In this document: positions 49,651-59,660 of the stretch, piece by piece | How the letters are laid out: each line of letters starts with the position of its first letter | Position numbering within the stretch: position 1 is the first letter of the stretch | Source: Bacteroidales bacterium | GTDB taxonomy: Bacteria; Bacteroidota; Bacteroidia; Bacteroidales; JAAYJT01 | Direction: 5' to 3' | DNA length: 64,000 bases | NCBI GenBank assembly: GCA_049654165.1 | Contig: JBASHR010000108.1 | Coordinates: 7,999 to 71,998, forward strand | Notes under the pieces: generated by a model | Database searches by the model: none | Told to the model about the DNA's origin: nothing | Seen by the model: the letters and a program-made list of their open reading frames with translations, nothing else | Translations under genes and position numbers: made by a program

Positions 49651-50910
49651 ATGGAAGCAAAACAAAAGATAATAGTAGTTGGAGGTGGTTTTGCCGGCAT
49701 TAACCTTGTTAAAAAACTGGACGACAAATTATTTGATATCACACTGATTGACAAGATCAATCATCATCAGTTTCAACCCTTATTTTATCAGGTAGCAACT
49801 TCTCAAATCGAGCCTTCGAGTATTTCGTTCCCTTTACGGCATATATTCAGAAAAAAAAGGGATATACAAATCAGGCTTGCAGAAGTTCTAAAGGTCAACA
49901 CATCGGCTAACAGCATCACAACAAGTACAGGAGATTATGAATACGATTATTTGGTTCTTGCCTTAGGCTGCCAGAGTAATTTTTTTGGAAACAAGAAAAT
50001 AGAAAAAAATGCATTAACTCTAAAAACAACCTATGATGCAATTTCTATCAGAAATCATATCTTACAAACCTTTGAAGATATTATTTCAGTAAAGGAAAGC
50101 GAAAAGGATAGTTTGCTGAATCTGGTAATTGTTGGCGCTGGACCAACAGGCGTAGAGCTTGCCGGAGCATTTGCAGAGATCAAAAAGAATATTTTGCCAA
50201 AAGATTTTCCGGGAATTGACTTTTCGAAGTTCAGGATCATTCTTGTTGAAGGGAGTAAATACACTTTAAACAATATGAGCGACTCCTCAAAAAAGGCTTC
50301 ATATAAATACCTTCAAAAAATGGGAGTGCAAATCCTCACTGAAACACTGGTAACTGATTATGATGGCGAGACCCTGTATTTAAATAATGAAAGCATCATA
50401 AAAACAAAAAATCTGATCTGGACTGCAGGTGTAAAAGCCAATACAGTGGAAGGAATTCCTGATGCCTGGCTTACAGCAGGTAATCGCATTAAGGTGGACA
50501 GAATAAATAAAATAATCGGAAGCGATAACATATTTGTAGTAGGCGATATGGCGCTTATGACTACTCCTAAATATCCGAAAGGGCATCCGCAATTGGCAAA
50601 TGTTGCAATTAATCAGGCAAAGAATCTTGCCAAAAACCTGAAAAGAATGCATTTGGGTCAGAAACCGGTAGATTACGAATACAAAGACCTTGGAACCATG
50701 GCAACAATAGGCAGAAATAAAGCAGTAGTTGATCTGCCTTTTATCAGGTTTCAGGGGATGTTTGCGTGGATGGTATGGATGTTCCTGCATCTGATGCTTA
50801 TTCTTAGCGTTAGGAATAAACTTATAATTTTTATAAACTGGGCATGGGCTTACATTACCAAGGACACGTCGTTGCGACTGATACTGAAAAGTACTAAACA
50901 GAATAATTAA
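49651..50910 (+). CDS. ndh: Type II NADH:quinone oxidoreductase (NDH-2)
   Basis: Two Rossmann motifs are present: VVGGGFAGI and VIVGAGPTGVELAG. A C-terminal membrane-association helix is present. Confidence 0.85.
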   Translation: MEAKQKIIVVGGGFAGINLVKKLDDKLFDITLIDKINHHQFQPLFYQVATSQIEPSSISFPLRHIFRKKRDIQIRLAEVLKVNTSANSITTSTGDYEYDYLVLALGCQSNFFGNKKIEKNALTLKTTYDAISIRNHILQTFEDIISVKESEKDSLLNLVIVGAGPTGVELAGAFAEIKKNILPKDFPGIDFSKFRIILVEGSKYTLNNMSDSSKKASYKYLQKMGVQILTETLVTDYDGETLYLNNESIIKTKNLIWTAGVKANTVEGIPDAWLTAGNRIKVDRINKIIGSDNIFVVGDMALMTTPKYPKGHPQLANVAINQAKNLAKNLKRMHLGQKPVDYEYKDLGTMATIGRNKAVVDLPFIRFQGMFAWMVWMFLHLMLILSVRNKLIIFINWAWAYITKDTSLRLILKSTKQNN

Positions 50911-51097
50911 ATTATTCAGCCGTAAATTTTGTGTTACTTACCGGTTGAAGGGCCAAGACTTCTGCATATGATTAAGTTCTTTACAGACTGTTTTGTAAAA
51001 ATCTCATTTCCACCCTTATCTTAAAAATTGACTTCAATAATTCCGGCAGTTTTTTGAACAAAGCATAATTGCTGATGTTTTTTAAAAAAATATCATT

Positions 51098-51940
51098 ATG
51101 CAACTTTTCGCAATTGAAACCGGTCATTTCAAATTAGACGGGGGCGCCATGTTCGGGGTTGTGCCCAAATCATTGTGGAGCAGAACATATCCTGCTGATG
51201 AAAACAATCTGATCAACATGAGCATGCGTTGTTTACTTGTTGCGAATGGCGATCGCATAATTCTGATAAACAATGGCATGGGCAATAAAAACAAGGATAA
51301 GAACACTTTATATTTCCACCTCGACGATTCCATTGTAAACCTTAAAAATTCTCTTACAAAACATGGTTTCAGCATGGATTCCATCACCGATGTATTTCTC
51401 ACCCATCTGCATTTTGATCATTGTGGAGGCAGTGTTGATGAAAATGAAAACGGGGATCTGTTCCTGGCATTTCCAAATGCTGTATTTCATGTGAGCCGTC
51501 AGCAATGGGAATGGGCAATAAATCCTAATAAGCGTGAAAAACCTTCGTACCCGCCCGAAAATCTTTTGCCTATGAAGGATCGTTTAAATCTTTTTGAAAA
51601 AGATGGTGAGCTTTTCCCCGGTTTCCGATATAAAATATACAACGGTCATACTATGGGTCAGGCTATTCCTTTTATTAATTATAATGGGAAAACAGTGGTT
51701 TTCACTTCTGATGTGCTTCCTACGAGCGCCCATATACCTCTGCCCTACATCATGAGCTATGATATTCAACCTTTAACAACCCTCGAGGAAAAAGAATCGC
51801 TTCTGAAAGATACTGTAGAAAATGATTTTGTTCTATTTTTTGAACACGATTTTTATACTGAATGCTGTACTCTTGAAAGCACTGCAAAGGGAGTGAAAGT
51901 CAAAGAAAAGTTCACTCTGGCAGAAGTAGGTGGTCAATGA
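51098..51940 (+). CDS. MBL-fold metallo-hydrolase
   Basis: The motif HLHFDHCGG is present. Length is 280 aa. Confidence 0.75.
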   Translation: MQLFAIETGHFKLDGGAMFGVVPKSLWSRTYPADENNLINMSMRCLLVANGDRIILINNGMGNKNKDKNTLYFHLDDSIVNLKNSLTKHGFSMDSITDVFLTHLHFDHCGGSVDENENGDLFLAFPNAVFHVSRQQWEWAINPNKREKPSYPPENLLPMKDRLNLFEKDGELFPGFRYKIYNGHTMGQAIPFINYNGKTVVFTSDVLPTSAHIPLPYIMSYDIQPLTTLEEKESLLKDTVENDFVLFFEHDFYTECCTLESTAKGVKVKEKFTLAEVGGQ

Positions 51941-52044
51941 AATAAAAAAACAGTATAGATTATTTTCAATCCGCAGGCTTACAATTGCTCTGTTAACTAT
52001 TTATTTGTTTATTTTGTCGGGCAGATTTTCAAAATCATCCTGCT

Positions 52045-53334
52045 ATGACAAAACAAATAGTTTTTTTAGTCATCCTGCTAATTACTCTGGGCACATTTGC
52101 ATGGACTATGCGCCGGCTTGCCCGTTTCTTCAGGCTTACACAGCCAGCTTTTCCGGTTAAAGATATTGGAAAGCGACTGGCTTTGACCCTTCGTGTTGCA
52201 TTTGGTCAAAGTAAAATTTTCCGATGGCCCTTTGCAGGACTTTTTCATGCTCTGGTATTCTGGGGTTTTATTGTGATAACCCTTGGGAGCATCGAAATGG
52301 TGATTGACGGTCTTTTTGGAACAGAAAGGATAATGGGCTTTTTAGGTCCGGTTTATGATGTTGTTATCGGAAGCGGAGATGTATTTGCAGCCATAGTTTT
52401 AATTTCCATACTTGTCTTTATAATAAGGAGGGTTTTCCACCATATCAAACGGTTCAAAGGACGGGAAATTAAAAGGATATCAACAATTGATGCATATATT
52501 GCATTAGTTATGATTTTATTCCTCATGATATCATTGCTGGGAATGAACATCGGATATGTTATTCTTCATGGCAAAGATATTACAGGTGTATATCCTGTAA
52601 GCCAATGGCTGGCAAAGTATTTTACCCCCAGAATGAGCAATAATACTGCCGGTACCCTTTTCGAGGTTAGCTGGTGGGTTCATATCATTCTGATTTTCAT
52701 TTTTGCAAACATTCTTCCTTACAGTAAGCATTTCCATGTATTTACCTCTATTCCCAATGTTTTTCTTAGCCGTCTGGATCCCCTGGGTTACTTGCCCAAT
52801 ATGGAAAACGTGATGAATGAAGTCCGGCTGATGCTAAATCCTGAAGCATCAGTAGCTGAATCGCCGGCTGCGAGCAGATTTGGAGTGAAAGATATTGAAG
52901 ATGTTAACTGGAAAAATTATCTGGATTCACTGGCATGTACAGAATGCGGGCGATGTACTGCGGTTTGTCCGGCAAATATCACCGGTAAAAAGCTTTCGCC
53001 CAGAAAAATATTTATTGATCTGAGGGCAAGAATGAAAGAAAAAGGACCCGGTTTGGTTAAAAACGGGAAAGAATTCACTGACAATAAAAGTCTGATACGC
53101 GATTATATAACTGAAGAGGAGCTTTGGGCTTGTACTACCTGCAATGCCTGCGCTCAGGAATGTCCTGTAAACATAAACCATCCAACACTGATTATTGATA
53201 TGCGGCGTTATCTGGTCATGGAGGAAGCTGCAGCTCCTGCGGAACTTAACATGATGTTTACCAATATTGAAAACAATGGAGCTCCCTGGCAGCGCAGTCA
53301 GGATGACAGACTGCTATGGGCTGAAGGATTGTAA
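52045..53334 (+). CDS. Membrane-bound (Fe-S)-binding protein: polytopic N-terminal domain fused to a 2x[4Fe-4S] ferredoxin domain
   Basis: There are about 5-6 hydrophobic helices, then CTECGRCTAVCP and CTTCNACAQECP. Confidence 0.8.
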   Translation: MTKQIVFLVILLITLGTFAWTMRRLARFFRLTQPAFPVKDIGKRLALTLRVAFGQSKIFRWPFAGLFHALVFWGFIVITLGSIEMVIDGLFGTERIMGFLGPVYDVVIGSGDVFAAIVLISILVFIIRRVFHHIKRFKGREIKRISTIDAYIALVMILFLMISLLGMNIGYVILHGKDITGVYPVSQWLAKYFTPRMSNNTAGTLFEVSWWVHIILIFIFANILPYSKHFHVFTSIPNVFLSRLDPLGYLPNMENVMNEVRLMLNPEASVAESPAASRFGVKDIEDVNWKNYLDSLACTECGRCTAVCPANITGKKLSPRKIFIDLRARMKEKGPGLVKNGKEFTDNKSLIRDYITEEELWACTTCNACAQECPVNINHPTLIIDMRRYLVMEEAAAPAELNMMFTNIENNGAPWQRSQDDRLLWAEGL

Positions 53335-53522
53335 TGGCGCTGAGATCATTATTAGTGGAAAATTGAATTGTGGCATAATCTTAAGATCGGAAATTGACGA
53401 ATATTTTGGAAAGTTTATAAAATAAAAAGTGACTTTTATTCATTGCAAAAAAACCAAATTCCAGAAAAATCAATTGCTGAGCATACAGCATGAGAATAAC
53501 TCAACATTAAAAACACCAATCC

Positions 53523-54308
53523 ATGAATACAAAGCTTCCAATAATGTCAGAACTGCAGGCTCAGAACAAACAACCTGAATATCTTTACTGGGTTGGTTGT
53601 GCCGGAGCTTTTGACGACCGTTACCAGAAAGTGGCACGTGCTTTCACACGTATATTAAACCATCTTGGTACTGATTATGCAGTTCTTGGCAAAGAAGAAA
53701 CCTGTAACGGAGACCCGGCACGCCGGGCAGGTAACGAAATGCTTTTCTACATACAGGCTTCAATGGTTGTTGAAACATTTGAACGATACGAGGTAAAAAA
53801 GATCATAACAACCTGTCCGCATTGTTATAACACTTTTAAAAATGAATACCCCGATGTGGGCTGGAGTGGTGAGGTGATACACCACAGCCAGTTTTTGAAT
53901 AATCTGATTGAAGAAGGCAAACTAAAAGTACCGGCCGGTATATTCAACGGAAGCAGGGTTGTTTTCCATGATCCATGTTATCTGGGCAGAGCAAACGGTG
54001 AATACGAAGCTCCGAGAAGAGTAATTGATGCCCTTAAAACTGAAAGGGTTGAGATGCCGCGCAACAAAAGTTTTGCACTTTGCTGTGGTGCCGGAGGAGC
54101 ACAAATGTTCAAGGAAGCAGAGACCGGAAACAAAGAAATCTATGCTGAACGTACTGAAGAAGCTCTTGGCACAGGTGCTTCAGTAATTGCTACAGCCTGC
54201 CCGTTTTGTATGACCATGCTCACTGATGGAATAAAATACCAGAACAGGGAAGAAGATGTTAAAAACCTTGATATTGCCGAGATGATTGCAAATGCACTCG
54301 GATTATAA
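53523..54308 (+). CDS. Cysteine-rich (CCG) domain protein, HdrD/GlpC-like
   Basis: Two CCG-type clusters are present: WVGCAG...TCPHCYNTF and DPCYLGR...CCGAGG...ACPFC. Confidence 0.8.
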   Translation: MNTKLPIMSELQAQNKQPEYLYWVGCAGAFDDRYQKVARAFTRILNHLGTDYAVLGKEETCNGDPARRAGNEMLFYIQASMVVETFERYEVKKIITTCPHCYNTFKNEYPDVGWSGEVIHHSQFLNNLIEEGKLKVPAGIFNGSRVVFHDPCYLGRANGEYEAPRRVIDALKTERVEMPRNKSFALCCGAGGAQMFKEAETGNKEIYAERTEEALGTGASVIATACPFCMTMLTDGIKYQNREEDVKNLDIAEMIANALGL

Positions 54309-54966
54309 CTGTACGGCAGTGGAGATTTACCCTACTAATGTCATAAGTCATACATTAACAGGTTCGCACGGGCACCTGATAAGGCTTCCTATGCTTTTCC
54401 CATTCAAACCCGGGCAGGTAGCAGGGCTTACTTTAAATGAAACAATTCCTGTACGGATTTATAGTATTGCCGGCTCTGATTTTAAAAACTGGATTGAATT
54501 CCTTTTTGATGTTAAATCACAGGGGGTTCTTACTCCAAAACTTGCAGAACTTAAAGCCGGAGACAAGATTTTTATTTCAAAACCTTTTGGAACCTTTACA
54601 GCAGACGAAAAACCTGCATACTGGATAGCCGCGGGCACAGGTGTGGCTCCTTTCAAAATCATGGCTGACGCGGGCTTATATGTTAATAAATACCTTATTC
54701 ACGGGGTTGGCGAATCAAAGAATCTTTATTTCCGGGAATATTTTGAAAAAATACTTGGAGGGAATTATATAAAATGCTGTAGCAGAGAAGATTCAAAAGA
54801 GTGTTTCAAAGGTAGGGTTACAGATTATATAGGGCAGTTGCCGGAACTTCCGACAGATATTAATTATTATTTGTGTGGCAGCGCCGAAATGGTAATTGAT
54901 ACCAGAGATCTGCTGATATCAAAAAGTGTATCGTTTGAAAATATTATTGCAGAAATCTATTTTTAA
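54286..54966 (+). CDS. Ferredoxin-NADP reductase-like FAD/NAD(P)-binding oxidoreductase
   Basis: The RxYS motif is VRIYSIAG. The NAD(P) motif is AAGTGVAPF. The C-terminal motif is YLCGSAEMV. It overlaps the upstream gene by 23 nt. Confidence 0.7.
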   Translation: MQMHSDYNCTAVEIYPTNVISHTLTGSHGHLIRLPMLFPFKPGQVAGLTLNETIPVRIYSIAGSDFKNWIEFLFDVKSQGVLTPKLAELKAGDKIFISKPFGTFTADEKPAYWIAAGTGVAPFKIMADAGLYVNKYLIHGVGESKNLYFREYFEKILGGNYIKCCSREDSKECFKGRVTDYIGQLPELPTDINYYLCGSAEMVIDTRDLLISKSVSFENIIAEIYF

Positions 54967-55032
54967 CCCTGTAAAACAATGAATTACAATATTAAACTTC
55001 GTTAAAACCATCAGCCATTAAATATTTAAGCT

Positions 55033-56067
55033 ATGCAAAAACAAGCGTTGTTCGGGAAAACATCCGACGAACTAAAAACAATTGTAAAACAACTCAACCT
55101 GCCTGCATTTACTGCAAAACAGCTTGCTGACTGGTTTTATAAAAAAGATGTAATCAGGTTCGACGAAATGACCAACCTTTCAAAAGAAGCCCGTCAACTG
55201 CTGGAAGATCAGTTTATTACAGGTTTATCCGAACCAATAAAAGTGCAGGTTTCAGTTGATGGCACAAAAAAATATCTGTACCGATCATTACAGGGTAAAT
55301 ATATTGAAACAGCATATATACCTGAAACTGACCGCCATACATTATGCGTTTCAACTCAGGTTGGTTGTAAAATGGGATGTCTTTTTTGCATGACTGCCAA
55401 ACAGGGTTTTCAGGGGCAACTTACTGCCGGAGAGATCCTTAACCAGATACGAAGTTTACCGGAGCGGGATCTGATAACCAATATTGTTTATATGGGTATG
55501 GGCGAACCCCTCGACAATCTTGATGAAACCATGAAAAGCCTGGAAATACTAACCTCGGATTATGGCTTTGCAATGAGTCCGAAACGTATTACGGTTTCAA
55601 CAATTGGCATTATCCCGGGCATGAAAACATTTATTGAGAAAAGCCGGTGCAATCTTGCTGTCAGTCTTCATTCCCCGTTTGAAGAAGACAGAAAAAAGCT
55701 TATGCCTATCCAGAATGTTTATCCTCTCAGCGAAGTACTTGACACCATCCGCAGTTATGATTTTTCGCGGCAGCGCCGGATTTCATTTGAATATATCATG
55801 TTCAGGGGATTAAACGATACTCCCCGCCATGTAAAAGAGCTGGCGCGTGTTCTCAACGGTATCCGATGCAGAATCAATCTGCTGAGATTTCATCCTATAC
55901 CGGGCACGCCTCTTCAATCATCGGATAATATTACGATTGAATGGTTCCGTGATGAACTGAAATCCAAAGGCTTTATGACCACAATACGGCAATCACGCGG
56001 GCAGGACATTGAAGCAGCCTGCGGAATGCTGTCAACCAAAGAATTGCTGAATAAGAAAACAGATTGA
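55033..56067 (+). CDS. rlmN: 23S rRNA (adenine2503-C2)-methyltransferase, radical SAM
   Basis: The CxxxCxxC motif is CKMGCLFC. The motifs GMGEPL and the C-terminal IEAACG are present. Length is 344 aa. Confidence 0.9.
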   Translation: MQKQALFGKTSDELKTIVKQLNLPAFTAKQLADWFYKKDVIRFDEMTNLSKEARQLLEDQFITGLSEPIKVQVSVDGTKKYLYRSLQGKYIETAYIPETDRHTLCVSTQVGCKMGCLFCMTAKQGFQGQLTAGEILNQIRSLPERDLITNIVYMGMGEPLDNLDETMKSLEILTSDYGFAMSPKRITVSTIGIIPGMKTFIEKSRCNLAVSLHSPFEEDRKKLMPIQNVYPLSEVLDTIRSYDFSRQRRISFEYIMFRGLNDTPRHVKELARVLNGIRCRINLLRFHPIPGTPLQSSDNITIEWFRDELKSKGFMTTIRQSRGQDIEAACGMLSTKELLNKKTD

Positions 56068-56074
56068 GGGAATA

Positions 56075-56398
56075 TTATAAGAATCCCAGCTCCAGCATTG
56101 CAACTTCGCTCATCATATCTTTATCCCAGGGAGGCTCGAAAGTAAGTATAACCTCAGACTTTTTAATCCCTTTTATTGACCTCAGAGCCTGTTCTACTTT
56201 AGCCGGAAGAACCTCGGCTTCAGGACAATTGGGAGTGGTGAGCGTCATAGTTAGCTTCACTTCATAGTTTGCTGAAACTTCAATGCCATAAATAAGACCA
56301 AGATCATATATATTTACCGGGATCTCAGGGTCATAAATTTGTCGTAATTCTTCTACTATACGATCTTCAATTGCTTTAATATGTTCTTTGTTGTCCAT
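56075..56398 (-). CDS. sufT: DUF59/SufT-type Fe-S cluster assembly protein
   Basis: The motifs DPEIPVNIYDLGLIY and MTLTTPNCP are present. It is the last gene of the suf operon. Confidence 0.8.
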   Translation of the reverse strand: MDNKEHIKAIEDRIVEELRQIYDPEIPVNIYDLGLIYGIEVSANYEVKLTMTLTTPNCPEAEVLPAKVEQALRSIKGIKKSEVILTFEPPWDKDMMSEVAMLELGFL

Positions 56399-56404
56399 TG
56401 GAAA

Positions 56405-56827
56405 TTATTCTTTGGTTTTAAATGCCAGAGCATACATTTTTATCTGCTTTATCATTGAAGCCAGCCCATTTGAACGAGTTGGCGATAAATGCTGAGTAAG
56501 CCCTATTGTATTAATAAAATCGAGGTTGGCATTAATTATCTCATCCGGAGTGCGGTTATCAAATACACGAACCAACAGGCTGATTATCCCGCGGGTAATA
56601 ACAGCATCACTATCAGCGGTAAAATGTATTTTGCCATTTTCGTGTTCGGCATGCAGCCACACCCTCGATTGACAACCATGTATAAGGTTATTATCAGTTT
56701 TATGTTTCGAATCAATAACCGGCAGCGATTTACCCATCTCGATCAGATAATTATAACGATCCAACCAGTCATCATAAATCTCAAATTCTGAAATTACCTG
56801 GTTTTCAACCTCTTCAATTGAAAGCAT
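56405..56827 (-). CDS. sufE: SufE-family sulfur acceptor
   Basis: It is 140 aa with the motif HGCQSRVWL. It lies downstream of sufS. Confidence 0.85.
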   Translation of the reverse strand: MLSIEEVENQVISEFEIYDDWLDRYNYLIEMGKSLPVIDSKHKTDNNLIHGCQSRVWLHAEHENGKIHFTADSDAVITRGIISLLVRVFDNRTPDEIINANLDFINTIGLTQHLSPTRSNGLASMIKQIKMYALAFKTKE

Positions 56828-56948
56828 AATATATCGGTTTCTGGTTTCTAATTAAATTCTTAAAATAAAAAATAGGTTTTTATTGTAAAAATATCTTTGT
56901 GTTCTAATAAAAGATCATTCCTATTATTAAAATCTCACAATCAATAGT

Positions 56949-58175
56949 TTAATACAGCATTTCCTTTACTTTTTCAATTGCACTGATCAAAACATCAATT
57001 TCTTTTTCAGTATTGTAAAACGACAATGATGCCCGGATAGTCCCGGGAATACCATAATGCTCCATAATAGGCTGTGTACAGTGATTTCCGGTTCTGACAG
57101 CTACACCAAAACGATCAATAATTGCTCCGGCATCGTATGGGTGAATCTTATCAATAAAAAATGAAACAACACTGGTTTTTTCGAGTGCAGTGCCAATAAA
57201 ACGGATTTCTTTAATAGTTGACAATTGTTTGTTAAGATAGTCAAGCAAGGCTTTTTCGCGTTCGGCAATAAAATCCAGACCAATACCCTGAATATACTCC
57301 AGAGCCGTTCCCAGAGCGATAGCCCCTCCTACATTTGGAGTTCCGGCTTCGAACCTGAAAGGCAGGTCGTTAAATGTGGTCTTGCTGAAAGTGACAATCT
57401 TAATCATTTCACCCCCACTTTTAAACGGAGGCATCTCCTCAAGCAGTTCTTCCCTGCCGTATAAGACTCCAATACCCATTGGAGCAAAAGTTTTATGACC
57501 CGAAAAGCAATAAAAATCGCATCCAAGCTCCTGAACGTCAATAGCCATATGAGCCGAAGCCTGTGCGCCATCAATCGTAACAGGAATATTTAATTCATGA
57601 GCTGCATCAATTATCTTTTTTATAGGAACAATCGTTCCCAGCGCATTGCTTACATGAGTTACCGAAACCATTTTGGTTCGCGGATTAAGCAGTTTAAGGT
57701 AAGCTTCAAAATCAAGGGTACCGTCATCGAGCATAGGTATCACCCTGAGAACAGCTCCAGTTTGTTCGCAAAGTATCTGCCAGGGAACAATATTTGAATG
57801 GTGTTCGAGCTCAGAAACAATGATTTCATCGCCTTTTCCGATAAATTTTTTGCCATACGTAGCAGCCACAAGGTTTAACGATTCAGTGGTGCCGCTGGTA
57901 AAAATGATCTCATGGGTATTCCTTGCATTTATATACTTTTGAACCTTAATTCTTGCCTGCTCAAAAGCCTCTGATGCTAAATTGCTTAGATGATGCGCTC
58001 CCCTATGAACATTTGAGTTTTGTTCAGTATAGTATTTAGTCAAAGCATCAATAACAACGGAGGGCTTTTGTGTGGTAGCTGCATTATCAAAATAAACCAG
58101 AGGTTTACCATAAACTTCGCGACTCAGAATCGGAAAATCGCTTCTAATTTTTTCAATATCCTGTTTTATATTCAT
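56949..58175 (-). CDS. sufS: Cysteine desulfurase, SufS subfamily
   Basis: The PLP-lysine motif is FSGHKTFAPMGIG. The catalytic Cys is in RTGNHCTQP. Length is 408 aa. Confidence 0.92.
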   Translation of the reverse strand: MNIKQDIEKIRSDFPILSREVYGKPLVYFDNAATTQKPSVVIDALTKYYTEQNSNVHRGAHHLSNLASEAFEQARIKVQKYINARNTHEIIFTSGTTESLNLVAATYGKKFIGKGDEIIVSELEHHSNIVPWQILCEQTGAVLRVIPMLDDGTLDFEAYLKLLNPRTKMVSVTHVSNALGTIVPIKKIIDAAHELNIPVTIDGAQASAHMAIDVQELGCDFYCFSGHKTFAPMGIGVLYGREELLEEMPPFKSGGEMIKIVTFSKTTFNDLPFRFEAGTPNVGGAIALGTALEYIQGIGLDFIAEREKALLDYLNKQLSTIKEIRFIGTALEKTSVVSFFIDKIHPYDAGAIIDRFGVAVRTGNHCTQPIMEHYGIPGTIRASLSFYNTEKEIDVLISAIEKVKEMLY

Positions 58176-58196
58176 AGATGTTATTGAATTTAGCTT

Positions 58197-59609
58197 TTAT
58201 CTAATACCTGAAAGATCAATATCAAAAGATATTTTTCTGCCATCCCTGCAATTTAAAATACACTGATCACAAATTGAGAGTTCGCCTCTCAGACGTTTTG
58301 ACACCATTTCGTTTATCCTGTTTCGCAATGGTTCTATCCTGATCTTATCAATAATGGCTGAAGCAAAGGCATTCATCAAAGCCATACGGGCTACCTCTTC
58401 TGATATTCCCCTTGAGCGCATGTAAAACATTGCTTCATTATCCAACTGTCCCACTGTGGATCCGTGGCTACATTTTACGTCGTCGGCATAGATTTCAAGC
58501 TGAGGATTGGAATCAATTGTAGCCTTATCAGTTAAAAGAATATTCTGGTTTTTCTGATAAGCATTGGTTTTCTGAGCATCTTTCCTTACCAGAACCAATC
58601 CGTTAAACACACCCGTAGCCTGATCGTCAAGGATACCTTTGAAAAGCTGATTGCTATAATTATCCGGCTTTGCATGGTCAACAAGAATATTATTGTCAAC
58701 ATGCTGCTCTTTATCAACCAGATAAAGCCCGTAAAGCTCTGCGTTACAATCTCTGCCGTCAAGCAGAACATTTATATTATTACGGATAGTGCCCGGATTA
58801 AGTGTAAGCACATTGGTTAACATGTTGCTGTTACTTTTTTGTGTGATCCAGACATTGGTGATCAAGGTTGAATCGTTGTCCTTGTTTTGCAGTTTATAAT
58901 TTTCAAATTCAGCGTTTTCGTCAATAAACACTTCTGTTACAGAATTAATTAGGCTGTGTTTATGCAGCAGCGAATGGTCGCAGTAAAGCAACTGAAGTTT
59001 ACTGTTCCTGCCAAGGATAATTAAGTTTCGGGGCTGAATGAACAGGTTTTCAGTCAGATTTATCAGATTGATGATCTGAACCGGTTTATCAACAACAACA
59101 TTATCAGGCACATAAACAAATAACCCATCCTGGCCAAATGCTGTGTTCAGTGCTACCAGGCCGTTATTCTGGTATGGAGCATATTTGCCGTAATATTTTT
59201 CAATGATCTCAGGAAATTGGACAAATGCACTTGCAAGGCTTCCTACTATCACACCTCCCGGCAAGTGGTTGATTCCACCGTTTTGATGTACGAACCATCC
59301 GTTTAGCTGAGCAAACAGGTGAGATTCAAGCTCATGCACTTCACACATAAACAATTTTCCTACATCGGTAAATTGCTCAAATGGTTCAAAATGATGTACA
59401 TATTCAAGTTTTAGCGGTTTTGAAAGGTTGGTATTACGCCATTTTTCATGCTTACTACTCGGAAAACCAACTTTTTCAAATTCCTGTATCGCCTCTTGTC
59501 TTAATTGTTTTAAATAAGGATTATCGTTGCTGAAGTTTTTTCGCATTGTCTCGTGAAACAACTCCACCATTTTATCTTTAAAACTATATTCTGTCAGTAT
59601 ATTATCCAT
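58197..59609 (-). CDS. sufD: Fe-S cluster assembly protein SufD
   Basis: It is 470 aa and sits between sufC and sufS. Its C-terminal half has a SufB/D beta-helix. Confidence 0.85.
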   Translation of the reverse strand: MDNILTEYSFKDKMVELFHETMRKNFSNDNPYLKQLRQEAIQEFEKVGFPSSKHEKWRNTNLSKPLKLEYVHHFEPFEQFTDVGKLFMCEVHELESHLFAQLNGWFVHQNGGINHLPGGVIVGSLASAFVQFPEIIEKYYGKYAPYQNNGLVALNTAFGQDGLFVYVPDNVVVDKPVQIINLINLTENLFIQPRNLIILGRNSKLQLLYCDHSLLHKHSLINSVTEVFIDENAEFENYKLQNKDNDSTLITNVWITQKSNSNMLTNVLTLNPGTIRNNINVLLDGRDCNAELYGLYLVDKEQHVDNNILVDHAKPDNYSNQLFKGILDDQATGVFNGLVLVRKDAQKTNAYQKNQNILLTDKATIDSNPQLEIYADDVKCSHGSTVGQLDNEAMFYMRSRGISEEVARMALMNAFASAIIDKIRIEPLRNRINEMVSKRLRGELSICDQCILNCRDGRKISFDIDLSGIR

Positions 59610-59660
59610 ATTATCAGATTTTCCTGGGTTAGCGCCAAATCAAGTGATAAACAATTTGTT

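Noticed and set aside
49462-49665. A 67-aa minus-strand ORF lies in the buk-ndh gap.
   Set aside because: It is a Phe/Ile/Asn-rich product of AT-rich DNA. It overlaps the ndh start codon and has no recognisable motif.
51930-52160. A 76-aa ORF bridges the MBL hydrolase and the Fe-S membrane protein genes.
   Set aside because: It overlaps the well-supported start (52045, MTKQIVFLVILL...) of the membrane protein in another frame. It has no motif support.
53335-53522. The two Fe-S genes might be a single gene broken by a frameshift or stop, which would make it a pseudogene.
   Set aside because: The first ORF ends after a complete second ferredoxin motif. The second starts with its own Met just before the first CCG motif. 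The gap has stops in all frames and no coding-like composition. Separate genes fit better.
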